NCBI GenBank assembly: GCA_009602725.1
Contig: WELB01000014.1
Location: 1-46,276, forward strand
DNA: 46,276 bases
Direction of reading: 5' to 3'
Source: Spirogloea muscicola
Taxonomy: Eukaryota
Shown here in pieces: positions 22,421 through 34,940 of this stretch. Position numbers and translations under genes: made by a program. Positions within the stretch are counted from its first letter, which is position 1; every line of letters begins with the position of its first letter. The notes below the pieces were generated by a model. It worked only from the letters and a program-made list of their open reading frames with translations, ran no database searches and was not told the DNA's origin.

Positions 22421-23104
22421 ATCCAAATGGAAGCTCCAAAACGGAAGCGCCAATTGCTCAGCAGAATGAATGGCTACTGTACTGTGAATGGAGGAGAAGC
22501 TCTACCAGAATCCTCTTGAATTTGCAACTATGGCTACAGAAGCAGAGACCAATAAGATCAGCCAACAGATTGGCAATCACAAGTATTAATACCCCTCAGC
22601 CACCTATCTTTGCATGTCCACATGGATACACCTGTCACTCTGGTGGGACCTGACTGAAGAGTATGTGAATGCATCAAGCTGCTGTGTGGACTTGCTGTTA
22701 CACTGTAAGATTCACAATTGATCACCACGGCTGAAACCTTCCAACTATCAATAACATGTGAACACCAAAGCCATGATGTGACAAATTACACCACACTGTT
22801 ACAGTAAAGCGTGAGGCGCTGTTGTCATCAAGTTCTTTTGTTACTAAAGAAACATACTTAGACGCTCTCTTAACTAAATAACATCTACAGACACTAAAGG
22901 GATCACAATGCACTGTGTATGCCCGGCCCATCAGCAGGGGCTGCAGTCTGCACTCCAAAGAGGGCAGGGGCTTGAACTCGTCCTATCCATCAGCAAGCCC
23001 CACCAATCAGCAGCTAGGCCTGAGCCAAGGTGATGTACACTCAATGAAGAAGAGAAATGCAGGACCTAGAGGTCCTTGAGTCCCATCTTATGCCCAAGAT
23101 TGCA

Positions 23105-26100
23105 TCAAACTGTCCTTTTGGACCGCTTGGACCGTTTACTCCTCTTTGCTGCCGGGTTAGACGTGGCACCGCCATTGGTAGCTCCCACCTGACAAAAGCT
23201 TGTGATTGAGTTATATAAAGCTGAAGTATCTCGAACATCAGATGTACTGGATGAAGAGAAACAACAGCACAACCCACACCACATGGCTATTCTGCCTGAG
23301 ATGCAAGGCGGCCTAGTCGACACATAGAGGCGAGATTGAAGTAGCTGCCAATCTACAATTCGGTTGTCTGACGAATATGCAAGCCGCAAGAACCATATCA
23401 ACAATATAAACAATAGAAAGGCAAACAATCCCTTGTTTGCCTGATTATCCCCAGCCCTCACCCTGGCTGGCGCGACATCTGGAACAGCGAACTCATCATC
23501 ACCATCCTCCTCGTCCTCTCCATCATCGCCACCCTCGTCCTCTACGTGTGCGCTCTGCTGCTGCTGCTGCTCTCTCAACAACCTCTCTCTATTTTCCTGC
23601 GCTCTCATTGCTGCAGCCTTGGATGCCTCCTCAGCAGCTTGCCTGGCTGTGGCCTTCTTTACTTGCTCGGCCTCTTTTAGTTGCCGGAACCTACAGCATG
23701 CCAAGGTGACGATTGTCAGCTCACACTACTTTGTATTGCAAATAGTACCGACTGCAGTGTTCAGCTCTTGTATATATCCATTTTTGCAGAAGTCAAAGGT
23801 GAGAAATGAACAGCACGTCTTTCATACCCAGACACAAGCAATAAACCACTCAGTAGCCTTTGGAAACTCTGAACACCTGTCTGGTTGGATAGCCAACAAT
23901 ATGACCTGGAACTTACCTCTCACCCCGTTGCCTCTCCTTCTCACTATCTGTTGCAATCTGGCCGGATCTGCGAGCTTGACCCACATCGATGATGTCCGCA
24001 ACATCGGTCGTGAGGACATTGGCGGCTCCTCCCATCTTTCTCAAGTATACCTGTTGGGCTGTGCTAAGAAGGTTGTTGGTGAACCTGTACAAGCAACCAC
24101 ACAATGAGATTAGAGATGCAATAAGAACACATATGATATACACATCCTGCTGAGCATCTTAAAGTAATACATGCTGCTGTTGTGGCGCTACACAAATATT
24201 GGTATGGGTGTACAGCAAGTGCAATAAGCTGCTTTGGTAGGAGGCTCACCAGTACAGGCTAAGACCTGATGGCACTGACAGGGAGAAATAACCAATCATA
24301 AGTGGGAGGAACTTCAATATGGCCTGTGTATTTTTTTGGGCAGGGTCGTCACTCTGCACGATGCAAGAACAACAAATCTAGTCAAGCAGGACAAAAGATG
24401 GCTCTCATGTGGCCAGATCACAGCATGCAGTCTCACAAGCAGGTGGGGAGGTAACAGACACCATCAGCCTTATCATGTAAGACTCACCTGTGCAGTCTGC
24501 ATCATCTGCATGCTGTAGTACTGCGATGCCACAAGGAGCACCGGAAGGACCAGATATGCAGCCGTGTCTTGCCACCCAAGCGGAGGGGCTCCATCCTACT
24601 CAGAGATCAGAACAGCCATCAGGATGTCATCTGCAGTCACTCTGTGCGTCTGGATAGCACTGCTTGCCAGTCTCGCTAAGAAAGTCTTGTAGGTGCAACT
24701 TTGCCTGGTTAAAAGTATGTTGCCTATGAGCACTTGCGTAAGGCAGCCAGACTGCAGCTGTATCTAAGCATGCATACTGATTTTGGACAAAGAAGGCCAC
24801 AGGTGCTCACCACAAATGGGAAAAGCCATGAGATTCCAGTACCAGCTTGCCTTGCTGCAATGCTTGTCGGGCCAGCCAATGATGGAATCCAGAAGAAGCC
24901 TTCTGTCAAGACTCCCTGCCATGCACAAGAAACAATGCACAGGTGACCAGATGCCTTGTCAACACTCCCTGTCAAGGGCCAGACCAGGTCGCAAGTTGGA
25001 CAGAAAAATGTTCACAAACATGCAGGGCAAAGCTTAGCGCAGCCCCTGCTTTGAGATTGTCCTTGTAGGGCTTGATCGTTTCAAATGCTAAACTCTGCCA
25101 GAATTTCCAATCTGCTCAACACAGTCGTCCAGTCCAAGCCAAACTTGCACGTACCTCATTAGCAACATTGCTCAAAGCTCGATAGAGTCCAATCCAGATT
25201 GGGAGAGTTGCAAGAGTTGGCAAGCAACCTGGAGCTCGTAAACAGTGAAAGTATCAGTGCCAAGCACTAAGGGCATCTGAAGTAAGAGTGTGACACATGA
25301 CCTCTGAAGCCGTAATATTGCAGACAGAGAAGCTGCAGAGCCGCAGGCCATCGGTGTTACCTATCCTGGTTAAGTACTTCCTAGGCTTGCACAGTCAACC
25401 AGCCTGAACAGCATTGCACTTGTTCGCACTTGATCACACCCATTATGTGAACCACCTTGGACGGAAATGGGTGAACACAAGGGAGCTGTTTGCTGAAAGA
25501 TGTATGCTGAAAGCCAACCTGCCAATGGATTTACGCCAGCCTGCTTGTACAAGCGTGCTGTCTCCAGCTGTATCCTTTCCTGCCACCAGCTCACAGAGGC
25601 AAAACTCTTCATCACCTAACTGCCACTAAAGAGCTTACATCTGACCAAAGGATTGATGGACTTCAGGCTGGGATATTGGCGCTGTTCAAAACTCCACCAG
25701 TAGATCAGCAACCAGAGTATCAGCATAGCCAGGATCAAGCACAAGCTCAACACCTGCCCTTATCTAGGGCACTCTGCAGAGGGCACCCAAGCCACATTAA
25801 GGAGACAGAGCCTGCACCGTCTGTTGAGGACAACAATACATACCTGCTCGCCTTTGTACCTGGCCTGGATGGCCTTGATCTTTGGCTGCAGGCTCTGCAT
25901 TGCCAGGGTCGACTCAACCTGCAACTCCACACAAAGCCACATCAAGAGTACGGCCTTTCGTAAAAGGTTGCGATGTGACTCCCAGTAAAATAACTGTCTG
26001 TGCTATATCCTGCTGCAGTAGCCAACGATGGTGTGAGGGTTGTGAGCTTGTACGGGGCAACCCAAGGAGAAGACACAAAGCTAAGCATGCCGCTAAAGGC

Positions 26101-27165
26101 TTGCCACTGTCTGCAGAGTGTGGCATGCACAAGTGGGCTTTTGTGAAGCACTGCCACTGAGGGATAAGCAAGGCAAGCACACACTGTGAGAGAAAGAGAC
26201 ACTGTGAGGATGAGACAATTGGGATTCAGTATTGGGGGCAACAACCCTACACCAGACTGCTGCAAGCCAGGGTACCTGCTTCTTCGTCAGAGGATATGTT
26301 GCAGCCTTCACGAGGATGGTGAGGAGGATAATAGAGAAGCCATATGCATACGGAATATGCACAGCGGATATGCCACCCTCCAGCAGCTGCACAGCAGGGG
26401 AATGTGATGTTCACTTGATTGCCAGGTTGGTTGTAACGTGGCCTTACGACAGACAGGTGTTGCCACTTGAGGTAAGCAACATTTAATCTGGACTTAAACA
26501 AAGTTGCAACTGATGCTAATAGGAGCCATGCAGCACTACATGCTGCAGTGCAACTTGGGATAGCTTGACAGCAGAGTTGGCAGCTCTTACGCCTGTCCAA
26601 GACACATGATACAGAGGGCTACAAGAAGCGCCATGGCATCAATAACCACTACACTCACAGCCTCTTTCGATGGACTCTGTCAGGACAATCGCAGGACTTG
26701 GGGAGGTCTGCAGCCTATGCTGACCTTCAGAACCCACTCCAGAGAATCCGTGACACCAGACAGCCAGTCGCTCTGCTTCACAACGGCAGCGGCGGCATCG
26801 GTGGCTGAGGCGGCCGCGCCGCCTGCAGACGCCGCCGCAGCGGCGGCGGCATCTGCAGCGGACGAGGCAGCCCCAGCCGCTGCATCGACCACGCCGCCTG
26901 CTGCGTCGGCAGTGGCATCCGCTAGGACGAGAGCGCGGCTGACGACGCTCTCGAGCATTCGGCCATGAGTATCCAACAAGGCCCTGGCGACGGGCAGCCT
27001 GCTGGCGGAAGCGGCATGGCGCGCAGAGAGTGGCCGGCGAAGGAGGCCGCCGGTCCCACGGCCAAACGTGCGGAGGGAGCCGACGGAGGCGGCGGCGGGC
27101 CGCGCGCAGCGCAGGCTCGGCGGCGAGGAGAGGCAGCGCGATGGCGCGGCGGCGGCGGCGGAGGC
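23105..27165 (-). CDS. ALB3: Thylakoid membrane insertase ALB3 (YidC/Oxa1 family), 5' end in assembly gap
   Basis: About 11 exons give HIPYAYGFSIILLTILVKAATYPLTKKQ|VESTLAMQSLQPKIKAIQARY|RLYKQAGVNPLAG|CLPTLATLPIWIGLYRALSNVANE|GVLTEGFFWIPSLAGPT|PPLGWQDTAAYLVLPVLLVASQY|LKFLPLMIGYFSLSVPSGLSLYW|FTNNLLSTAQQVYLRK. The long C-tail ends KRSKRSKRSKRTV-stop, typical of ALB3 rather than ALB4. Confidence 0.95.
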
Positions 27166-27911
27166 NNNNNNNNNNNNNNNNNNNNNNNNNNNNNNNNNNN
27201 NNNNNNNNNNNNNNNNNNNNNNNNNNNNNNNNNNNNNNNNNNNNNNNNNNNNNNNNNNNNNNNNNNNNNNNNNNNNNNNNNNNNNNNNNNNNNNNNNNNN
27301 NNNNNNNNNNNNNNNNNNNNNNNNNNNNNNNNNNNNNNNNNNNNNNNNNNNNNNNNNNNNNNNNNNNNNNNNNNNNNNNNNNNNNNNNNNNNNNNNNNNN
27401 NNNNNNNNNNNNNNNNNNNNNNNNNNNNNNNNNNNNNNNNNNNNNNNNNNNNNNNNNNNNNNNNNNNNNNNNNNNNNNNNNNNNNNNNNNNNNNNNNNNN
27501 NNNNNNNNNNNNNNNNNNNNNNNNNNNNNNNNNNNNNNNNNNNNNNNNNNNNNNNNNNNNNNNNNNNNNNNNNNNNNNNNNNNNNNNNNNNNNNNNNNNN
27601 NNNNNNNNNNNNNNNNNNNNNNNNNNNNNNNNNNNNNNNNNNNNNNNNNNNNNNNNNNNNNNNNNNNNNNNNNNNNNNNNNNNNNNNNNNNNNNNNNNNN
27701 NNNNNNNNNNNNNNNNNNNNNNNNNNNNNNNNNNNNNNNNNNNNNNNNNNNNNNNNNNNNNNNNNNNNNNNNNNNNNNNNNNNNNNNNNNNNNNNNNNNN
27801 NNNNNNNNNNNNNNNNNNNNNNNNNNNNNNNNNNNNNNNNNNNNNNNNNNNNNNNNNNNNNNNNNNNNNNNNNNNNNNNNNNNNNNNNNNNNNNNNNNNN
27901 NNNNNNNNNNN
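27166..27911. other. Assembly gap (run of N)
   Basis: 746 consecutive n between two very GC-rich gene 5' regions. Confidence 1.
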
Positions 27912-29246
27912 CGCGGCTCAGCTGGTGCCGGCCGGCGCGGCCGACGGCTTCCCGGCCGGCGAGCAGCCCGACGCGCAGCCCGACGCCAAGCAGACGGCCG
28001 TGCAGGACGCCGCGGTCGCGGACGCGGACGGCAACGGCCACGACAAGGGCCCGGCCGACTCGCCTGGCATCCAGGACCGGAGCCGGAGTCGGAGCCGAGA
28101 GCGGAGCCGGAGCCGGAGCCGGAGCCGGGAGCGGAGCCACGAGCGGCGGGCGGGCGACGGGCACGCGGCCAGCGCCGACGGCGACGCCAAGGACCGGAGG
28201 GAGTCCCCTCGGCGGGCGCAGGAGCCCACCGCGGCCCTGGAGCACCCAGCGGGCGTGACGGACTTCGCCAGCCCTGCCGATCGGCACGGTTATGGGACCC
28301 ATGCGGATGAAGCTGCCGATGCTGGGGACTACATTGCAGCAGGAGCTGCAGCTGATGCTGCGGCTGCGGCTGCAAACTTTGCCTCTGCTGAGAATCCCTA
28401 TGGAGCGTATAGCCAGTATATCACCAAGTCATTGCCCAGCCAAGCTAGTTACTACATGGAGGCTCAGAATTGGCAGGTGCGATAGGAACCTTCTTTGATC
28501 AGAGGGACAGAAGGCCAAAATCAGTGGTTTTGCATAATGCAGAGGAGAAGGTTGTCTGCTAGAACATGCTTGGCCCTGATGCTGCAGGTCTTGCTCGCTT
28601 GCTCAGGTGACAGGCGACAGAGGTGCTGCTGCTGCTGCCTTTACTGAGCAAGCCTTCCCTGGGGTAAGTATCTCTTCTGTACTTGTTGGACTTGACAGAA
28701 ACCTCTGTACTTGTCTTTGACTGCAAGTATGTCTTCACCCGCCTTTCACCAAGGTTGCCCTACCAAGCCTCAGTCCTGCAGGTCACTATCTGTTACTTGC
28801 TATTGTTGAGAATATAACATGTGAGGGAGCACTGTTGAGGAAGACGCTTGGCAAGCTGGGTCGTTTGTATTCAGCAGGGTCCTCAGCGAACATGAGACAA
28901 TGTTCGATAAGCTGATGCTTGTCAATGAGTACCTATTGAGTGCAGCGGGAGGTTTGCAGAGACTTCCTTCAGGGCCGCTGTGCAAGAGGCACCGGTTGCA
29001 GGTCTGGCATTGAAGCTCCTCAATATGATCGTTCTGATCTCTAGCTACCCTTGACCTGGAAGAGTGCATTTGCATTGCAGACCATGGTCAGGGTGCTAAG
29101 TTTGCGTGAATACAGAAGTGTAGTTTTGCAAGCAGTGCTTGTCTGCTCCTATAACACGGATGTGACTTGCTGTCAAAAACCAAAACAATTCCTCTTGTTG
29201 CAGGTATCTCCACCAAGCTCCTGAGCGAGGATTTGTGGAGCCAGAG
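27912..29246 (+). CDS. Unknown protein with RS/RE dipeptide tract (5' end in gap, 3' end unresolved)
   Basis: Open GC3-rich frame 27913-28476 (..QDRSRSRSRERSRSRSRSRERSHERR..YYMEAQNWQ|gtgcga). Plausible downstream exons at ~28608-28662 and 29204-29246. No recognisable folded domain. Confidence 0.55.
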
Positions 29247-30949
29247 GTGCGAGGTTTTTCCTTGGTCACTTACACTTACAGATGGCGCACGTAGGTTCTT
29301 TGACTGTGCCGTTACGTAGGTCGTGGCTATAATCTATCATATGTGTACCTTTTGGGCCTCTCTGCTAGCTTGTCAGAGCAAAGCTTGAACTTTAAGGTGC
29401 CCTTCTGAGACGAAGTCCAAGGCAACAACAACTCATGAGGCGGAATTTGTTACGCGCTATGCAGCCCTGCCGAGACTTCCTCGTGGGGAGGTGTATGAGA
29501 CCCTACTGCCGTTACTTACATGCGGGCGCACCTTTGTGTCGGGACTTCTTCAATGGCTTTTGTTCACGAGGCACAGAGTGCCGGTAAGCTTCCCATGCCT
29601 TTGCTAACAGCCTCCCTGATGAGGCCATTGCTAGTCAGCGTCAGCATTGTTTAGTTGGTCACGAACCGTGCAAAGATTTCTCCTGACATTGGTAAGTCTT
29701 ACTTGTCAAGGCAAGCGCAACTTAGTACATGGTGTCACCATGGGGCTGTACATGTTGCTTGTCATGAAAGTCAAGTGGGTCCACTTGTAATTCTTTAAGT
29801 GGTCTGTCTTGCCATTGTGCATGCAGGCTCTCTCACGTTGAGCACATTCGACGGCCTAATTACTAGTTGTGTCCATGCACCAGCTACGTACATCAGATGC
29901 CTGCTCAGCTGCCCTGACAACCACCACCACTTGCAAAGGATGGACGACCACACGCAAGTAGCCGCGTTGAGGAACTACGAGATTTGTGTGCGCGCGCCTC
30001 AGGGACTCTGCTGTCTCAGAAGCCTCATAGGCCCCAAAAGCTCCAAAAGCTTGACAGCTTATGAAACCATCCATTGTTTCAAGAAAGTCATAAAATTCAT
30101 GACCAGTAGGTGTCTTTGGTCTCAGTGTCTTCAAGCGGCTTGCTTGCATATTTGAAGTCATTGCGGCGGCACAGCCTTGTGTGCAGCAATGAGCAAGCGC
30201 TTGCATAGAAATAGCTATTTGCTTTGTCATGAACATCGTTTGTGCACAGCACGCAAGCTGAGCCTTGTGAAAGCCCGCAGTGCTTGCTTAATGGTCCCAG
30301 GCTTGTGGGTACTGGGTTTCCCCGGTTGGGCTGTCTGTGACGAACCTCAGTGACAGGCGTAAGCCGAGCTTTTGTGATCCTGTGTTGAGAGGTGTCAACT
30401 TCCACAGTGCAAAAAGAAGACTTGCCCGTCAAATATGGTGCATGCACAGGAGAATGGTTGTGTGGAGTTGCAGCAAGCTGTTGGGGTTCTGGATTGGCTG
30501 CTGCCATGCCTTGATATTGCGCCCATATGGCCTCCTACTTGGCTGAGCGCCAAATATGCTGAGCACGAGGGGTGCACAAGCACTGGTTATCTCATTGCCA
30601 CACATCGACTGACCAGAAGAGCTTCGTCTATTGCACTACACTGGCGCCAAGACAGATGTCATGGCTTGGCATGGCGCCCTTAGCTGGTACTAATGTCTGG
30701 GTCATGGCTGTGGACGATTTGAGACCGGCTGCATCTGGTTGATCACACAATACGGCCATTGCTCGAGTGTACTCGGTGGGACACTGCAATATTTAGGGAT
30801 GATTCGGCACTCTGCATGCAGCAGCTGCTCATAGGACAGCGGCGGCCTGATGCTACGCCGCCGCAGGTGCGGTCCTGAATGCAGCAGCATGTCAGTGCGA
30901 ACCGGCGCCGTAGGTGGCAGTGGAATCATGCGCTGCGGCGGCGTCTGGG

Positions 30950-31160
30950 CACCAGAAAGCTGGTCGAGCCTTAGCTGGTGGTACAAGGGCTTGTCAAGTT
31001 GCCGTCCGGAATTCGGGCATCAATTAGCGGCCTCTATGTGCTGACTCGTGGTTAGTGAGCGGGTCAGCTTAGCAGCAGGTGATGTACATCTTCCAATGAG
31101 CTTGCCTTCGTACTTGGCCACCCAGGCCCTCCACCATGCAGTATATACTTTTTATCACTC
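30950..31160 (+). mobile_element. Short 3' end of the RLE retroelement immediately upstream of TRM1
   Basis: Encodes HQKAGRALAGG. The nucleotide run gactcgtggttagtgagcgggtca..gatgtacatc..gcttgccttcgtacttggcca aligns to the reverse complement of 15385-15565. Confidence 0.8.
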
Positions 31161-31206
31161 AAGATATGCTCAATCCGCTGAAAGACATGACCATGACTTG
31201 ACTAAG

Positions 31207-34200
31207 ATGGCGGCCGCGACGGCGGCCGCTGCGCCGCATGGCGCCCCGGTAGCCGCGAGNTGCGGCGCGCCGTGCCGGAGCCGCCGCCGCGCCTGGCCGT
31301 CGCAGCTGGCGCCGGAGCGAGACCGCCGAAGCGGCGCCGCCGCCATTGCCATTGTGGGAGCTGCGGGGCTTGACGAGGACGAGGAGCGGGAGGAGCGGGG
31401 CATGGCCTTCCGCACCGGCGCCGCCTTCTTCCGCCGCGAGAGCGCGCTCGGCCGCGACCTCGGCGTGCTCGCAGGTCAGCGGATCGACTCCGGGCTCTGA
31501 CAGCTGACGAGGGCTTGTCGATGGCCGTCCGGATTTCGAGCATCAGTCAGCGACCTCTACGTGCTAACTCGTGGTTACTGAGCGGATTCATTTAGCACCT
31601 CTACGTCCTAACTCGTGGTTGCTGAGCGGGTTAGCTTAGCAGCAGGCGGTGTACACCTGTCGATGTGCTCGCATTTGTGCTTGGCCACTCAGACCCTCCA
31701 TCACTGGATACAGAATCCATTACCTTCATCAGCTGCAGCAGCCACAGATGAAGCAGCAGTTCTGAAAATAAGTACTCCTAAAACGAAATGTATTGCCTGA
31801 CGAGTGTGAGCCCCCGAGCCCTGCCATTGTTTCTCAGCTCCCAAGCTGCACCGGAAGTTATCGTGGCGACCACCGAGTGCTGGTTGGTCGGGCTTGGGTG
31901 ATGCAGATTTTGCATACTCGGCTGCTCAAGTGCTCTTAATGTCCTTCAGGCTCTGCTGCCACAGTTATAGCTCTATACACAGCATCGATACAAGAAACAG
32001 TTTAGCAAATGGCTGGGAAATTTGAGGCAAAGCTAGGTCGGATATGAAGCTTTAAGTATGGGCCTTGCAAATGTTCACAGCATTGCTTTCAAGAATGACA
32101 GTCAGGCCATTATATGTACCCACCTTGTAATCTATCCCCAAACATAATTCCTGAGTGCGCCGAACTTTGGAGTTGGCGTATGCCTCGAATACATTTTAAT
32201 ACAAATTTTGAACCACGAATGTGCTGCCAAGGACAGGAATACTAGTAATGTGAAGGATGCTCGGCACTTGTTCTTGTTCTGTTCGGCAGCACTCTATCGT
32301 CATGCTGGGGATCATGCTGGGGCTCACTTGTATGTAATGCTCGATGCAGCTGCTCTGTACAAGCAGGAGAAGGGGGCACTCCGGGTGTTGGACGTCATGA
32401 GCGCCAGCGGCGTGCGGAGCGCCCGCTACCTCCAGCAGGCCGGCGCCGACTTCGTCTGGGCTAACGACGCCGACCTGAGCACGCATGACACGCTTGAGCA
32501 GAACTTGTCGAGGCACTCGGAATGCAGCGCTGATAGCACCTTCCGCACAGGCAGCCGCTCTGAATCCAGGTCGCAAGCGCAAGCGTGCGCCGACGAGCCA
32601 GCATCAGTATGTGCAAACGGGTCATTAATCAAGATGGAGGACAGTGCTGCACAGTCGACCTCTGGACGCTCGACCTCGGGCTCTGTCCAAGACAAGGGCC
32701 ACTTGCAAGGGGCTCAGCGGACGGACTGGTCGCACGCTTTTGCGGCCTGGTGCGGAGGAGAGGCCAGCTCCGGCAGTGCCCGCTGGCAAGTGACGCACGA
32801 GGACGCCAACAAGATACTCTTCTCATGCTACCAAGCAAAGGACTACTACGACCTCGTGGATGTGGACTCATTCGGTAGCGATTCTGTGTTTCTGGGCTCT
32901 GCCCTCATGGCCGTCCGGCACGGCGGCTTGGTATATGCTACCTCCACTGACGGCTTCTCTAGCGGCGGCCACCGGCCCTTTCGGTAATAGCAACATGATT
33001 TCTTCCTTGCATGACTGAATTTTCTGACACGGTACTATTTGCAGTAAATTCATGATCTGTATTGGCTATCCTTTGGCACAGCTCCCTTCTGACTGAGCTC
33101 CTTCCTGTTCACCTGGAATGTTCATGGCTCAGGGCGCTAGGAGCTTACGGTTCCTACATACGGCCCCTGCCGTATGCAAACGAACTCGGCCTCCGGATGC
33201 TCACTGGCGGCATGGTGCGCGAGGCGGCGCTGCGGAGCCTGCGGGCAGAGCCGCTCTTCAGCTACTACTCACACCATGGCCCGGTGTTCCGGGTAATGCT
33301 GAGGGTGACTCCGTGCAGGGTGTGGCAATCGGAGTGAGTGAGTCACACGACCCTGTGCAGACGTGCACCTCGTGGCCAGCCTTGTTGGGTCCAGGTCCTC
33401 TTTTATCCTCTTTTGGCTTCATATAATTCTTGAGAAACTCGCTCGCTCTCTCTGAGTGCCTGCCATGTCGGCTTTGATACATCCGCACTGATTGTGGGCT
33501 TGTTCTTGCTCTTCCACTTAGCTGATCCTTTCAGGTCATTGTTAGGCAGTCAGCTCGCACGATGTCAGAAGACTGTCTTGAAGTTCTTGCCTTTATTCCG
33601 GAAGCTCTTTGTTTGCAGCTGACGAGATCACTCTCTGTTCATCACAGGGACTATGGCTTCATCGGGCACTGTCATGCTTGTGGTGGATCCCAGGTCATTT
33701 CCTGGGAGCTGCTAGGTCGAGCTCAGTGTGAGGAATGCGCCAAGGACAGCTGCAAGGTCAGGAGAGACAGATTGAGTCTCTCATTGGTTGCAAGACAACA
33801 CTGCTGCTGCTGCTTCCTTCCTCTGTCAGAGATGTCAGTCAGAAACACAGCTAATCCTGATGATACAAATTTGTCATGCTTGGGGCAATACCGAGGACTT
33901 ACTATGCACAGAATGTGTATGATCCTGATTGGAATTAAGTTGTCTCAGATTTGCACTCTGCCTGCTCCACCTCACATTTTGTCAGACATTCTGTGTAGTC
34001 ACTGAGTTGCATACGTCACTGTCCAGGCTCGGCCATTGGTCATATGTGGCCCAATGTGGACGGGCCCTCTGCACAGCCAGCCGTTTGTGGGTTCAATGCT
34101 GAGCCTAGCACAAGCATGGGGCTGGCATGATGCTCTCCCACTTGAGGTGACTTTGCCAGAGGACCTGCGCTTGACAATCTTGTGCAGGCTAGAGGTGTTC

Positions 34201-34940
34201 AAAGCCTCAAGCATGCCATTGGTGGGGGAGGTCTTTCAGGTGGGAGCCGCTGGGCAGGCGACTCGCTCCAGCAGGAGCACCAATTGGGATCTCAGGGGCC
34301 TGCTGAGGTTGATGGCCGACGAAAGCGACCCCCGTTTGGCGCCCGGATACCTCAAGCTAGACGAGGTCATCAGCTCAGACTGGTCACCGAATGCCACTTT
34401 TTGCACGAGCTCTGACTTCTGAGATGCTTGGATCGATTTTTTGCAGCTCTTAGCAAATGTATCTTGGCATGTTGCTACAGACAGGAAGCTGGGTGCCAAG
34501 GAAGTACTGATGTATGGGATTGTTGACGTGATGTCCTGCATACACAGGTCTCCCGAATGGGTAAGGTGCCAACACCCAGCTGCAGGAGCTTGATGGATGT
34601 GCTTGTGAAGGTACACTCATGAGCTTTCATTGAGGTCAACTGAGGCTGCAGCAGTCCAGATTGGAATACTCTGAAAGTTTTGAACACAGAAGACTTCTTA
34701 GGTTTCCCAAGGTTGCTTGAAAGTCTCATGTCTCGTTCAATGGATTCTGCAAGGACTTCAGGCATGTAGTAATTTGTTTGTGCCCAACCGAACAGCTGCT
34801 TATGGAATAAATAGACTGTCGTCAATTTGCAGAATGGGTTCGCCGCCAGCCGCTCGCACGTCGAAGCCAATGCAATCAAGTCGGATTCTTCGATGGCGAC
34901 CTGCATCGGTCTTTCAAGACAGCTGGCACAACAGACATGA
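31207..34940 (+). CDS. TRM1: tRNA (guanine26-N2)-dimethyltransferase, TRM1 family (plant organellar/cyanobacterial-like type)
   Basis: Exons approx. 31207-31473, 32350-32983, 33133-33333, 33648-33756, 34027-34365, 34548-34610, 34833-34940. They give FRTGAAFFRRESALGRDLGVLA, LRVLDVMSASGVRSARY, FVWANDA, YDLVDVDSFGSD, GGLVYATSTDG, NELGLRMLTG, GHCHACG..CEEC, CGPMWTGPLH, NGFAASRSHVEANAIKSD. Confidence 0.92.
31490..31705 (+). mobile_element. Second short retroelement 3' end in TRM1 intron 1, with internal duplication
   Basis: gtc agc gac ctc tac gtg cta act cgt ggt tac tga (VSDLYVLTRGY-stop). The ~45-bp unit acctctacgt.ctaactcgtggtt.ctgagcgg is present twice (31553-31586, 31597-31630). Confidence 0.8.

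Noticed and set aside
26639..28485. Very long ORFs (396-578 aa) in the ORF track
   Set aside because: Artefacts of translating through the N gap; they join two separate, oppositely oriented genes.
29500..30940. Several 60-136 aa ORFs on both strands
   Set aside because: No motifs, codon bias or in-phase splice chain could be established.
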